A stretch of DNA of 64,000 bases from Takakia lepidozioides (lineage: Eukaryota; Plantae; Bryophyta): NCBI GenBank assembly GCA_030704615.1, contig CM060731.1:26226001-26290000 (forward strand), written 5' to 3'. The notes under the pieces are model-generated. The model searched no databases and was not told the origin of the DNA. It saw nothing but the letters and a program-made list of their open reading frames with translations. Both the position numbers and the translations under genes were made by a program. Positions 35,566-48,599 of the stretch are shown in pieces (the first letter of the stretch is position 1; each line of letters begins with the position of its first letter).

Positions 35566-37370
35566 AGTAACCTCCGCCTCGGTAACGTCGGGCGAGAACT
35601 AGGTGCCATGGATGGCGTTGACACTGTCTCCGCCAAGGTGAATGACTGAGGCAGCCTCGCCTGACGGCTTGCCTCCCCACGTTGTGGATCCAACTCCACC
35701 TCTGCACCTCGTGGCTCAGGAACTCGTGCTGCTCCTCGAGTCACGGCTGCAGCAGACTCCACCTGCTCTAGTGGTAGTGCTGCTCCGCACATGAATCCCA
35801 TGCCTCCCATATCTCCTCCATCAGGAGCAGGAGGTGGACCATCCCGCCTGGGAGCCGGTACCGCCTGAGCTATAGCCATGGCAGCGAGCCTCTGCTCTAG
35901 CTGCTGAAGCCGATTGGCCATGCCTTGGTCAACACCTTGACCTCCGCGTCCTTGGCCATGTGGAGCTTGCCCTTGGCCTGCACCTCGTGCCCGACCACCT
36001 CGTCCTCTTTGGGCTGGTCCACCTCGCCCCCGGCCACCATTGTTCCCTTGGAACTGGCCTGGGCGCAACTCAGGATGCAAGTCATAACACTGGGCATCTA
36101 CATGCCCATACTTGCCACAATGCCCACACTGCAACTGTGCAGGCTGTGCTTGTGCCGGCCTTCTGCCATTCTCTGGGCAATCTCTTTTGACATGGGGTCC
36201 TCCACATGTCCAACATATCACCCCTGGTTGCTGTTGGCCTGCAAAAGATGCCACGGGCCTCTGCACCTGAGGTCCCCTGTGTGCTCCATGGAACTTGGGC
36301 TGGGCAACCTTGCCCCCCTGACCACGCTGTTGGGCAGTCCCTTGTGCCTGTGGGCTGACAGCTGTGCCCCGTACAGGCATGTCCTTGCCAAATCCAATTG
36401 TAACAACTCGCTCCTCCACCATGTTGAGCTCAATCCGCTCAGCCAGCAGAAACACATCTGCTAATGTGGGTTGGGCTGCTTGTAACAAGGTTGCATCTCG
36501 CACCCTTCTCTTGAGCTCCTTGTCCAGAATTCCATACCAAAACTGGATTGCCTGAGCTTCAGTAACCCCTTGGGTCACACTTATCAAGCGCCTCATACGA
36601 GTGTACGCCTCTCGCAGGCTCTCACTGGGTTTGCGCTGGAAGTCTTGCAAACTTCGCAGCTTCTTTGTCCGTACACCTTGGTAGTTCCTCCGCAACTCCT
36701 GGAAGAACTCCACCACCGGGTTGAATCTAGGCACATGTGTTGTAGTCGTGGCAGGAGGAGTAGTAGCACCTTTTGAACTGGTACCACCTACAGAAGTACC
36801 AGCACTACTTGCTCCACTACTAGTGCTGGCAGTGGGAGCTATTGGTACTGATGCAGCTACTGGTCGCGTCGTGCCTCGAGTAATGGAGACGTAGTCAGGT
36901 GACCAATACATCCTCCACTCCTCAATCTCTGCTTCATGTCCTCGCCTGAACTCGTGGTAATCGTCCATAGGCGGGCCTTCCAAATGCTGGAACAGTCCCT
37001 TCCACGCCATGAATGGGGTGAATAGCTGTGGATTGCGCATCTGCTGCAAATCACACCAGCTGTCGAACTCCTGAATAAAGTCATCCAACTCGATTGTGCC
37101 CACAGCTCCAGAGTACCTACGAGGCCCCTTGGTAGCTCCATACATCTCCTCCATGTCGTCCCACAACAATGGCGGATGAAAGTGCACACCTGTTGATGAA
37201 GCCTCCGAGTCTGTGTCTGACTCTATAGTAGTTGAGGGTGGCGGTGAAGGTGGTCTGAACCGAATACCTCGTCTTGTGAACCCACTCTCACTGTTACTGC
37301 TTGTAGCCGTACTTCCCTCAAAACCCTTGGGTAACTCCGTAATGACACTCACAATGTGCACCTCCTCCAC
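35532..37370 (-). CDS. gag: Gag
   Basis: LQDFQRKPSESLREAYTRM...FWYGIL; zinc knuckles CWTCGGPHVKRDC and CGHCGKYGHVDAQC; RGG-rich region. Confidence 0.92.
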   Translation of the reverse strand: MEEVHIVSVITELPKGFEGSTATSSNSESGFTRRGIRFRPPSPPPSTTIESDTDSEASSTGVHFHPPLLWDDMEEMYGATKGPRRYSGAVGTIELDDFIQEFDSWCDLQQMRNPQLFTPFMAWKGLFQHLEGPPMDDYHEFRRGHEAEIEEWRMYWSPDYVSITRGTTRPVAASVPIAPTASTSSGASSAGTSVGGTSSKGATTPPATTTTHVPRFNPVVEFFQELRRNYQGVRTKKLRSLQDFQRKPSESLREAYTRMRRLISVTQGVTEAQAIQFWYGILDKELKRRVRDATLLQAAQPTLADVFLLAERIELNMVEERVVTIGFGKDMPVRGTAVSPQAQGTAQQRGQGGKVAQPKFHGAHRGPQVQRPVASFAGQQQPGVICWTCGGPHVKRDCPENGRRPAQAQPAQLQCGHCGKYGHVDAQCYDLHPELRPGQFQGNNGGRGRGGPAQRGRGGRARGAGQGQAPHGQGRGGQGVDQGMANRLQQLEQRLAAMAIAQAVPAPRRDGPPPAPDGGDMGGMGFMCGAALPLEQVESAAAVTRGAARVPEPRGAEVELDPQRGEASRQARLPQSFTLAETVSTPSMAPSSRPTLPRRRLLCHWGELHVQH

Positions 37371-37914
37371 GTGACACTATAAGGCTCTAGTACTAATCTA
37401 ATAGTGACACGGGTGGGCACCTGTTGCAGTCTAAGGGTCATATCCCAATGGCTCAGGGCACCTGCACCTGCATCCACCGCAAGAACTCCTATGGTTGGCT
37501 GGTCATCAACCCAGCCTCACCATAGAAGAAACACTAGTGGTCTTGCTGGTCATCACTCCAGCCTCACCACCGACAGCATACTCTAGGATTGACCGGTGAT
37601 CAAATCCGGCCTAATCCCTATGAAAGCAAGCGCCCACACAAAACCAACATGGCGCACAGTCAAGCATGCAGGTGTTGGGGGGGATCCAAACACAAGAAAT
37701 CAAAGCATCAACACCCCCACACCAAATCCAGCAGCAACGCTGATCCTGCAGAATATCCCAGCCCAAAACCCCGGACTGACTGGCCTCCACCAAGAGAGGC
37801 TTTGGCAACTACAAGTACAAGGTAATGAAAATAGTACAGAGATGGAGGGGAAGAATAGAAGCCCGCCCAAGCAAGATCTAATCCTGATCTATGCTATCAA
37901 CTTCCAGACTTCTC

Positions 37915-38636
37915 TCAAAGTGCCTTGCTCTGCTTGATGGTAAGGTGTAGGAGGTATATCTATGTCCAAAACCTGCCACTAACCTTGTCCCAAGCTACAG
38001 TAGCTCGCTCTAACCAACCCTCCTCCTCTTTCTGCCAGGTAGAGACAAAGCAATACTCCCCTATCTCCCGCTCACTGAACACTAAAGAAAACAAAGGTAG
38101 GGTCTGATAGTCTCTCAACTCGAAAGCTTTGAGACGGTTGCGGGTGTCCTCATTGCGAATGACTGCATCTCCTTCACGCACAACAAACATGTCATTGCTG
38201 ATGAACGCCCGCTCGTGGTTGCCCTGTGCAGAGCGTATCCGGCTGCAACCATGTCTGATTGCACAAACTTGTGTAGCTCCTGCTCCTCTGCTCCAGTACA
38301 CCACGGCCTTGTGACTGAACACCTTGGTCCCCGGGGCTGTCTTTGGCTGTGTTCCAAGCCTAGCTTTCACCCACTTTGGTATTTCACCTACAGCTGCAGA
38401 ACTGCTGGCTCCAACAGAGTTCTGACTGTCCAAGGCGATATTGAGGCCTCAATGCCAACTACAGCAGTCTGTTGTCTACTGCTAATGCCTGACTCCCAGT
38501 ATGCAATCAACTCGTCCAACTGTTCTCCACTCAAATCAGTCTGAGTTCCTTGGGAAACATAAATCCTGTCCCCTTGTGTGCACAGACTAAGAGAAGAGAC
38601 CTGCCCTTCAATTACGTCCTCATTTCCCCCAGCCAT
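37915..38636 (-). pseudogene. ORF0 (frameshifted copy)
   Basis: Homologous to 23920-24642 but split into ORFs 38388-38636 and 37960-38433. Confidence 0.65.
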
Positions 38637-39234
38637 GCAAGGAGTACATCCACCAATTTGTCTCTCATATAGACCAGCACAGGTTCTAGAGACAGGATTG
38701 TGGATCTTTCATGGCACACTCACACTCTAAAAATTCCATAGATTTTTAGCAGAGTCCCCAAAACAGAAACCAGGTTTAGATAGGTAGATTTCCCCTTTCT
38801 GCAGCTATCCCCCCAAAAACTGGGTCAAACGGAGCTCATTTGACAAAGATATGACCAACCAGGCTCTTTAAACATTTAAATTAGATCAAAAAGGTTTTTT
38901 TTTTTTTTTTTTAACACCAAAACGCTTTTGCCATTACAACCTGTTCCCAGGTTATCTACGAGTTCCCGAGGTCGTTCATGTAGTTCTCACAGGTTCCCTT
39001 ACCAATGTCCACAGAGCTTGAGCTGCGAAAACAAAACGGGATCTTTGCACCACGGCCAAGGAAGGGGCCGCAGCAAGCCGCGTGCATGCCATTGCTGTCG
39101 CCATCTCTTTCCCGCTTCCTCACCTAGCCCAAGCTTGCAAACTCTGAGTGGGCTCTATTGCGAGTTTCTCCTCGCCGAGCAGATGCCAGCACAACGACGA
39201 CAGATCGAACGGACGACCAATCTTCGAACCTAAA

Positions 39235-39524
<290 letters not shown>

Positions 39525-39642
39525 TGATTTGGTGTCCGCCAGACTTATGCTTCCTGGCCCCAGCCGAATAGAGAGAACACTGCCCCAACAATTGTAGATT
39601 CCGCTTCGCTTATTTGAAGACGATGCTTGGCAAAATCTTATC

Positions 39643-40290
39643 TCAGTAAGTGATATTAAGAAACTTGGCCATGGCTTCCACGGCACCTGGTGGCCACTGC
39701 AGCTCTACACCAATCCACCTGATATTGCTGTACTGCGGTTCCCGAGCAGTGGTCTCAGAGAACCGTTCCTCTGCCCGGCTGCGGTCACCTTCTCTCCACA
39801 GCACTGCCGCTAGAACTGCATGAGCCTCAGTGTAATTTGGATACTTCCGGACAAGGCCTTGTATCAGTTTCTTGGCCTCCCCCAATCTGTCGAGCTGAAA
39901 GAGAACCAGAGCTTACTTGAGTCGGTATCTGAAATCCTGGGCCGCCTCCTCAAACTTCAGAAGGGAGACCCTCACACTCCCCCGGTTGGACCAGACACTG
40001 GCATTTGCGGAATCCTCATCTATCAAAGCTGAAAACAATTCTTCAGCAGTTTCCAGGTTTCCAGCAACCGCCGCCCTGAGAGCATCCTGCAGCTTGGGAT
40101 TTTCAACGTCTTTGAGCTTTACTCTCGTTGAAACTGCTGCTTTTGCAGGAAGATCAACATTGCCCAACCTTAGTGCTCCAAGTGCCACAGAAAGGCTGAA
40201 TAACAGTTGGCGTCAGGCAGTTACTGACGAGTGCCCTGCGATACCGGCATTACCATCTCTTCCTTCTCGTTGTAGTCGTCTCTCTGCCTA
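39643..40290 (-). pseudogene. Captured TPR-protein coding fragment
   Basis: AEELFSALIDEDSANASVWSNRGSVRVSLLKFEEAAQDF and LVRKYPNYTEAHAVLAAVLW...WPPGAVEAMAKFL, typical of cyanobacterial/plastid-type TPR proteins. Confidence 0.75.
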
Positions 40291-40559
40291 GCCGCTCCTC
40301 AGCTACAGACCGCAGGCTTCGTTGAAACTTGAGCTGGGTAATACCCTGATTCTTGGGCTCTCCATAAGCGGTACCCTTGCTCACAGGCCTCTTCAATCCA
40401 AAAAAACGGGCTGGCTTGGAGTCACCCACGGCAAGCCCTTCATTTCCACTCCACACGGCAGCCCTGAGACGATGACAGGATCGCTGCAGAAGAATCTAGG
40501 CACGAAAAAGAGCTAACCTCTAACCCGTCGTTACTTGATGAATCAATCAGGCAGCATTC

Positions 40560-40703
40560 ATCTCCAGTAGCCTGAGCAAGATCTCTACTAAACGCGTGAC
40601 TCCAGCAAGATCCGCTAGCAGTAACTGCAAGTGAAGTATCCACCGCAAGCTTAATAGCTTTCTGCCGCTCCGGAATGGTTAAACACTCAGTTGAATCATT
40701 CAC
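40560..40703 (-). pseudogene. Captured fragment resembling IBH1/atypical bHLH N-terminal region
   Basis: RQKAIKLAVDTSLAVTASGSCWSHA resembles the R..AIK.AAD..LA......WSRA pattern. Confidence 0.55.
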
Positions 40704-40786
40704 AGACCTGTGTCACACCAAGGTATATTATAATAGTGCTAAAACAAACATTATATCTAGCTTAGCACTAGAAAACTAGATGGCTG

Positions 40787-40799
40787 ATCTCTCTCGAGT
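40787..40799 (-). promoter_or_regulatory. Self-priming-type PBS
   Basis: Sense ACTCGAGAGAGAT abuts the 5' L repeat and is the perfect complement of 40988-41000 within it; no TGG-starting tRNA PBS is present. Confidence 0.75.
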
Positions 40800-41154
40800 G
40801 ATAATGAAGCTTGAAAGGACATACACTCCCAACACAAGAAATATAAAATCCATCGCTATCACTCATTGAAACTGAAGTCGAGCCAGGGGCACCCCAAGCT
40901 ATGGGGACTCCACCCCACAACAACCTGTATCCCTACATAAGCACACTAAAACCTAAACACATGCAGGAGCTCGGTCGCGCAGGCTCAACTCGAGAGAGAT
41001 GAGCTGCGCGACTGCCGCTCTCGTGAAGATAAGACAGACCAGGTGTCAAACTAAACTTGACACCTGATTTAACACTTGACCTAAATCCAAGTGTTAAATA
41101 CAAATAACTAGTTTTATTCTAGCTGTTTTCACACTGTGCTTATTTAACTTGACA
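40800..41154 (-). repeat. Repeat L (355 bp), 5' copy
   Basis: Appears identical to 29344-29698; not accompanied by S. Confidence 0.97.
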
Positions 41155-42894
41155 TTGCAATTATCGCAACCTGAAGATAATATTCCTTATCTAATTTAAT
41201 CCCCTTGCCTCTCTCCCCTCTCCCTCCTTCTCTATCTCTTAGGACGGGAAGCCCGAACAGCAAATAGAAGCTAAGAGGAAAGGAGATGCAATTGTCATTT
41301 TGTTGGCAACTTTAAGACAATATTCAGTTTTCAATGCCTTACCATCTCTCCCCTCTCTCTCTCCTTCTCTCTCTCTTAGGGCAAGAAACCCCAACAACAA
41401 ACACAAGGTGAGAGGAAAGTGAGATTGAAAATGAACCTAAAACATGCATTGCCAGCATTGTTTATGATCTTTAGAATCTATCTATGCACACTGAAATCCA
41501 TGCCTACATCCTCATGTAACTGTTGTTCTCTGTCTTTACAACTTACCCAACTTCCATTTGAAATTATTCATGCTTGACTGCACATGCTGTTTAGCAGGGC
41601 TGTCCTCCTTCGTAACAACAGTCTCTATCGCAATCTTGCTCAGGTCACACTCTAGTGGCAAACAAGCAAGGTAACACGCAAGTACCACAATCTTGGTTTG
41701 TAGCAGCAGCTCCTGCAACAAGCTTAGGCATGGCTGTATATTTCATAGTCCAGAACCTGCACTTCTATTGTTGGATTAGAGTCAGCAGCATCTTGCCAAA
41801 CGGCCAGTCACTAGAAGAAAAACGCGGAATAACCACTGCCCCCTTAACCACTCTTGTCTTTTATCACTCTATAAATCACTTCAAGTAATGGTAACCACTG
41901 GTCAGTGGTTAATTCCGATGAAATGCCACGGTGGCATCATATGGAGTGGTTGGAAGTGGTTTCAACCACTGAGTAATCCACGTGTAATATTTAATTTTAT
42001 ATTTATTATTCGACATTTGGTCAAATATTTATATTAATAATGATAATATCCGACATGGACGGGTATAGTGATAAATTATGAGTGGTTAAAGACACCTCAC
42101 TGATGGGAAGTGGTTGAAACCACTTTCTACTCCACGTGTAATAATTTTTTTTAAGATTTTTATCATTTCAAAATATATTATTCCACGTGGACGAGGATAG
42201 TATACGTAGATCTGGAGTGGTTAAAGACCCCCCAGTGATTGGTACCACTTGCACAGTGGTGGAATGTGAGTGGTTAAGACCCTTTTGTAACTGGAACCAC
42301 TCTTCAAGTGGGCACTTGTGAGTGGTTACATACACGTGAGTGATTGTAACTACTTCTGTGGTGGGTTGTGAGTGGTTGAAGACACCTCAGTGATGGGAGG
42401 TGATTGAAACCACTTGCTACTCCACGTGTAATAATTCAATTTTTATTTAAGATTTATCATTTCAAAATATATTTAATTATGAACTATATTATTCCACGTG
42501 GACGGGGACAGTATACGTAGATCTGGAGTGGTTAAAGACCCCCATTGATTGGTACCACTTTGAGAGTGGTGTAGAGTGAGTGGTTACAAACCATTTAGTA
42601 ACTAGAACCACTCGGCTAGTGGTTACGCGTTAGTGATTACATACACACCAGTGATTGGTATTACTTCTGTGGTGAAAAACTTTAGTGGTTTGTGTGTTGA
42701 TGGAAAACCCAAAATCCATCCATCTATCGCTACATTCATCCATCCAATCATGAGTGAGGGGACTTAGCGTTTTTTTTGTCTTCCCTGCCATCGTGGCATC
42801 TGTTTGTTTTATTTGTGTCGAGTTTGATTGTGAAAGACAAACATGACAGAGCTATGTTTGTTTTATTATAGTGTCGAGTCTGATCATGAGAGAC

Positions 42895-43232
42895 GACGAG
42901 CGGAGCTGGTGGGATAGGGACAGACATGGACTCAAGACCTAGAATCGGGGCATGAAGGTGTGCACGATGGCGGGACAACCGCGATCGCAAGGTGTGGCTT
43001 TTTCTCAATGTACAATGACGAGCGAAGCTGGTGGGATAGGGGGTAGACAGGGACTCAAGACCTAGAATCGGGGCATGAAGGCGTGTGCGATGATGGGACA
43101 ACCGCGATCGCAAGGTGTGGCTTTTCTCAATGTACAATGACGAGCGGAGCTGGTGGGATAGGGGGCAGACAGGGACTCAAGCCCTAGAATCGGGGCATGA
43201 AGGCATGCACGATGGTGGGACAACCGCGATCG
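42895..43232. repeat. ~122-bp tandem repeat, ~2.8 copies
   Basis: Unit ACGAGCGGAGCTGGTGGGATAGGG...CTAGAATCGGGGCATGAAGG...CAATGTACAATG recurs at ~42895, 43018 and 43140. Confidence 0.9.
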
Positions 43233-44534
43233 CGGGGTTTGATACTCATGTGAGAGGGAACAATATTCTGAATTACAGTAGGAGGTCATGAAAGTGCTTG
43301 AGTGCTATGGAATGGGTGTCTCTGCTGGTGACGTGTTGCTGGTGTACTACCTTTAGATGTTGCTCATGCCAGCGGTACAATCATTAAAGTAGGGGATGTC
43401 TTGTGTGAAGAGATGGTGAAAGGATTGTTGAACATCTGCTGAACTTAGTTGGAAGGATGACACAAATGAAGGATAATGGGGAAGAATGCCAATGACATAT
43501 GAAGAGGGCAATGTACCTACTATAGGGGTAGGCTGTAGCTTTTCTGAAAGAAGATGTCAGGTGGCATGCATTTGTTCCCTACTGCTTGTATCAATCAGCT
43601 TAAGAACATTCATAGTCTGAGATCTACAATCAATGGGGCATAAGGGTCTTTCAAATAGTTAAAATGCAGTTTTAAGGAGGAGTTAAAAGTGGGGGCTCTG
43701 TGATATCATGCCCTCTTCATGCAAAGGGAAAGAAAAGAGAAATCTGAAATAGAGAAGCTAGGGTTTTGCATTTTCATTTAAGTAGATGTGAATGATGTCA
43801 AAACACCATGCATCAGTGTACAATCCATGGGCAGGATATGAAGGGGTAGCAATGTCATGCCAAAGGGGAGATAGCTGTAGTATTAATAAAGAAGGAAAAT
43901 GAGAGCTCATGTGTAGAAACTAGGGCCTTATTCTGGTTTATAGTAGAGTAAGTGGCACACATATTTGTGCATCACTTACCTAGTCCAAGTATGGGCCAAT
44001 GAGGTATCTCTGATATGTTTACACTGTGGATAGGATCTGAATCTGTATAAGGATCAGAATGTACACCCTGTGATTTTCCAATGATGACATCTGTAGGGAA
44101 GAAGAACCCTGGCATATATGATGATCCGTTCACTAAAGAGACCCAATAACAATTTAGATCACCTCAGCCCTATCCATGTCTTCTCTTCTGCTGCGGCGTG
44201 GATAAGGGTATAAAGGCTCTGGTCATAAATAGATTTAGAATGAATTAAGTAGGGTCTAAGTCATTTTAGAAAGAGCAAGTAGGTTGATGTCATAGGGCAG
44301 GGCCATGGATCACTGCTCAAGAAATAGTTAACTATAGTTTACCAGAAGGGTTTCATGCCCCTTCTTTTTCACACTACAGTGTGGCTTTTCCTTAATGTAG
44401 GATGTGAAGAAGTTTGTCCATCCTGCAAATGTGGGCTTTTGGCTCCTGTTAGTACGGTATTCTTCCTGATGTTTACAAGGTTCTTGGGAGAATCAGCTTG
44501 GTCTTAGCAGCCCGCTGATTCATTTCCTGATTCA

Positions 44535-44920
44535 ATCTATTTCAGCCTGTTTTGCCCTCTTATCAGACTCGGGCCTGATATGCATATTGAATTATGTAAG
44601 TTAGCTCATTGGTGCAAGAGAGAGAGTCAGCTTGGATTTGGCCGTCCGTGAGGGCACCTTCTTCTTCAACCTATTTCAGCCTGTTTTGCCCTCTTATCAA
44701 ACTCAGGCCTAATATGCATATTGAATTCTGTTAAGTTAGCTCATTGGTGCAAGAGAGAGAGTCATGTTGGTCTTAGCAGGCCGTGATGGCACCTTCTTCT
44801 TCAACCTATTTCAGCCTGTTTTGCCCTCTTATCAGACTCGGGCCTGATATGCATATTGAAATCTATAAGTTAGCTCGTTGGTGCAAGAGAGAGAGTCAGC
44901 TTGGTCTTAGCAGGCCGTGC
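44535..44920. repeat. ~135-bp tandem repeat, ~3 copies
   Basis: Unit CTATTTCAGCCTGTTTTGCCCTCTTATCAGACTCGGGCC...GGTGCAAGAGAGAGAGTCA. Confidence 0.85.
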
Positions 44921-44924
44921 CTTG

Positions 44925-46760
44925 TTCAAAGCTGGAATTGTACCTAATGTCATTCTGAACACTGCCTGGCAGCTCTGGAAAAGGGGAAAGAGGTCGACAT
45001 GTTTGCAAAATGAAGGCCTTGCTTGGTGCCTGCAGAATCCATGGCAATGTGGAGATGGCCGAACGTGCGGCATGAAGGTGTATTCTTCAACACATTTCAC
45101 CCTGTTTTTCCCTGTTACCAGAGTAGTCCCTAAATTTTCATGTAGAATTCTGCAAGTTAGTTCATTTGTGATGTGAGGTTGCATGAGTTTTATACCGATC
45201 CTTCACGATGGTGGGACAACCGCAATCACCAAGTGTGGCTTTTCTTAATGTACGATGTGAAGAAGTTCGTCCATCCTGCAAAGGTGGGCTCTTTGTACCT
45301 GTGAGTACCATGATTTGGTATTCTTCCTAATGTTTACAAGGTTATTGGGAGAGTCAACTTGCAGGTCTTAGCAAGCCGTGTTTCAATCTCTCCCTGCTCA
45401 GCTGGCCGTGGTGGTTCTCACAGACCAATCCGACGTTACCTGACTACAGACAAACAACACGCACAAGAGGTCATTTTGGGTTGATGGTCGGTCAAATCCT
45501 CCATGGGTCAAGGACAATGTGGTGAGGGCACGTTTCAGCCTATTTTGCCCTCTCATCAGACTTGGCCCTGAGATGCATGTTGAATTCTGCATGGGTGATA
45601 AGTAGGGTTGGGTGTTTGCTGGAACAATTGTAGGCTGTCATTGTCAGCCGCTAGCAACAAGGAAAGGATGTATGCATGATTTGTGCAGAGCTTGGATAGC
45701 TGAGGGAGTAGGGGTAGAGTCTGGCCGGTCCAGATTCATCCAAGAGGGCGGGACTTCAAGCTCACGATTACCTATAATTCCCTGTGGATCAATAGCTGCA
45801 AGAAACCTGCATGGGTAGATGGTCAACTGGAAGCCGCAACAGCAGCGACACAATTGATAAAATCAGGCACTGCTAATGAAGGCACCTTCTTCAACACATT
45901 TTCATCCTGTTTTTCCCTCTTATAATTGGCCCTAAATTTTCATGTTGAATTTTGTAAGTTAGTTGGTTGAGTGAACCTTTGATAGTTTGGAGTGACTTTG
46001 ACATGGTACTGCCAATGTGACAATAGGGAAGTATCCAGTTCTAAACAGGTAATAGCTGAGACGAGGAGAAGTTGTGGAATGACTACTTTTCTGACCCCAG
46101 TCAATGGTGGGACAATCGAGGCAAAAAAGTGAATGCCTGTTGGATTACAGAGAGTAGCAGATGCAATTGACCATAGTGATAAGTTGAGTTGGGTGTTCCC
46201 TAGAACAAATCTAGGCTGTCATTGTCAGGTGCTAGCAGCAAGGTAAGGTTGTATGCATGATTTGTGCAACGGCATGTATATATGAAGGAGCAAGGATAGA
46301 GTCTGGGTCCAGATTCATCCAAGAGGGCCGGACTTCAAGCTCCAGATTACCTATGATTCCATGTGGATCAATAGCTACAAGAAACCTGCTGCATGGGTAG
46401 ATGGTCAACTAAAGGTAGCAGCTGCAGCGGCACAGTTGATAAAATCAGGCACCTCAACCATGACCACAGCTTCTGAAAGTGGATCAAGAGAGGTGGCTGA
46501 ACGAGATGTGGTCTTTTGGAGTGCCATGATTGCAAGGTATGTGCAGCATGGATATGGGATTAAGGCTTTGGAAACCTAGGAGCAAATGATGTGGGATGGG
46601 ATGAAGCAAGACCAGGTCATGTTCATTTGTGTTTGTAATATGCATATGGAAGCCTAGCAGCCCTGGGAAGGGGCAAAGAGGTTCATGGTGACATTCTCAA
46701 AGATGGAATTGTACCAGATGTCATTCTGAACATTCCCCTGGTGTACATCTACATCAAATG
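44925..46760 (+). pseudogene. Scattered PLS-class PPR gene fragments inside the CACTA
   Basis: KALLGACRIHGNVEMAER (E-domain-like, ~45013-45068); ERDVVFWSAMIARYVQHGYGIKALET*EQM...DQVMFICV (~46495-46635). Confidence 0.75.
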
Positions 46761-48599
46761 TGAGCCTGGCAGCCCTGGCCAGAGAAGAACATGAAGAGGG
46801 CTTACAATTTCGTTCGCCCGGGCGTAGACATTGCTGGCAATGAGAAGAAGGCAGGAAAGCAGTTCAGTGTTCCTAGCATGCATGCGGAGACGCCGTATAG
46901 AAGTTAGGCTTAGACTTTTATCATGGTTGGATTTTGTTGACAGTGTTCCAACACTTACTCTCTGAGATTTTATTTTATTTTGTGGAGCTTGAATCCCCAA
47001 TGGTACTTCTTTCACTACAATAGTGGTATGTGTTCCTCTAGTCATGTTCATAATCACTTGCACATCACTGTAATAGTGATATAATTTAAAATTATGGGAG
47101 TAGCCAAATGCACACAATTGCCTACATTACCACTTGTATAGTGGTATAAATAGTCACATATATATTACTGTACTAGTGGTATGAATTCCTCCAGTGGTAT
47201 TCCTAATCACTTATACACCACTCTGTTAGTAATGACTCCAATCCATAGTTCCCACTCAGAGAGACACCATGACTCAAATAGCTTACACACCACTCTGTGG
47301 GTAATCATTCCAATGACATGCTGAGAGACGTCATCCACTCACATAACCACTCTGTGAGTGATATTGTATATTCTCAGTTTTTATAGAATGACTCTATGAG
47401 TCATTTTGTGGTCACTCAACAAGTGGTTTCGGAAGTCATTGAATTTTTCACTCCATCCATTTCGTGCACTGACACACGACACGTGTCCATGTTGAGAGTG
47501 TCGCCACGTGTCGACATAATCTCCAATATCATCCACGGACCACCGGCTTACACGTCTCCACTACAAAACGGAAGTGGTTACTTTACCACTATGACACGTC
47601 AGTTTACCACTGTGACACGTCATAAGTGGTTGGTTTACCTTAGTGACACGTCAGCTTACAGGTGGACCCGGACGTGAGTGGTTCGAACCACTGTCCTTAA
47701 CCACCGGTGCCACGTAATGTCTTTTACCACTCACTTGTCCTAATGCAGTGGTTCTTCATCACTCTGAGGCCAGAGTGGTTTAGTGTCTTTTACCACTCAA
47801 AATGAGTGATTAACAGAGTGGTTATTCCGCGTTTTTCTTCTAGTGAGTCACTTCTCTTTTACTTCTCAATTTCCCAAATGCAGCGCCATAGTTCTTGTTA
47901 TGGATGGGAGTGCTTCTTGAGATTTGTTGGCACTTGTATGGGCTGATGGGTGAAAGTTTTCAGCCATAGTGTAATTTTAGTAATTTTTAGCTTATACTAT
48001 AGCCTATAGGTTTCAGGTTTCAGGTATTGTGAGAGAGTTGTTGATGGGCTCATGTCAGCACACAACAACAATTCAATGACGACCAAAAAAAGCTTGAGTC
48101 CTTCATCAGTCTCTCTCTTGTTTCTGGTTCTCTTGGTACATTTTAATTCAGGCATGTTCTGTAAGCAGTATGTACAACTTGGTAGCATGAAGCTGTAGAA
48201 AGGTCCTTCGTGTAGTAAGGTGCTTGTTGTAGTTATGATGTTATGGACCTGGACAGAGAGATATGGATGTGTGACTTGGGGAGGAAGGGCTGCAGGTGAA
48301 CTTTATTCCAGAGGAGAAACCTCCGCCAGCCTTCCATCACTCATGAGAGCTTTATCAGTACTGCGTTGTTATGTCCACACTATTATCCTAGTCTGTCATT
48401 AATCACTGAATAGAGCTTGGAGCTTGGAGCTTAAAGCTTGCACATTCATGCAACATTCAATCTACATTGCGTGCATGTACATGTGTTGAACTCAATGAAA
48501 TCTCCCTTTATCATGAATGTTCTATGTAAGACGGTACACAACAATGACACAATACATGTACTAGCTCTTTCTAATGTTGTATGGCTCTATAGAAATTTC

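Larger units (their letters stand above)
41809..47845. mobile_element. Non-autonomous CACTA element (Pack-CACTA-like)
   Basis: 29-bp TIR CACTAGAAGAAAAACGCGGAATAACCACT at both ends; 3-bp TSD AGT; many AACCACT/AGTGGTT subterminal repeats; no transposase ORF. Confidence 0.95.

Noticed and set aside
30118-36776. Plus-strand ORFs opposite gag/pol
   Set aside because: They are antisense shadows of GC-rich coding sequence with no motifs.
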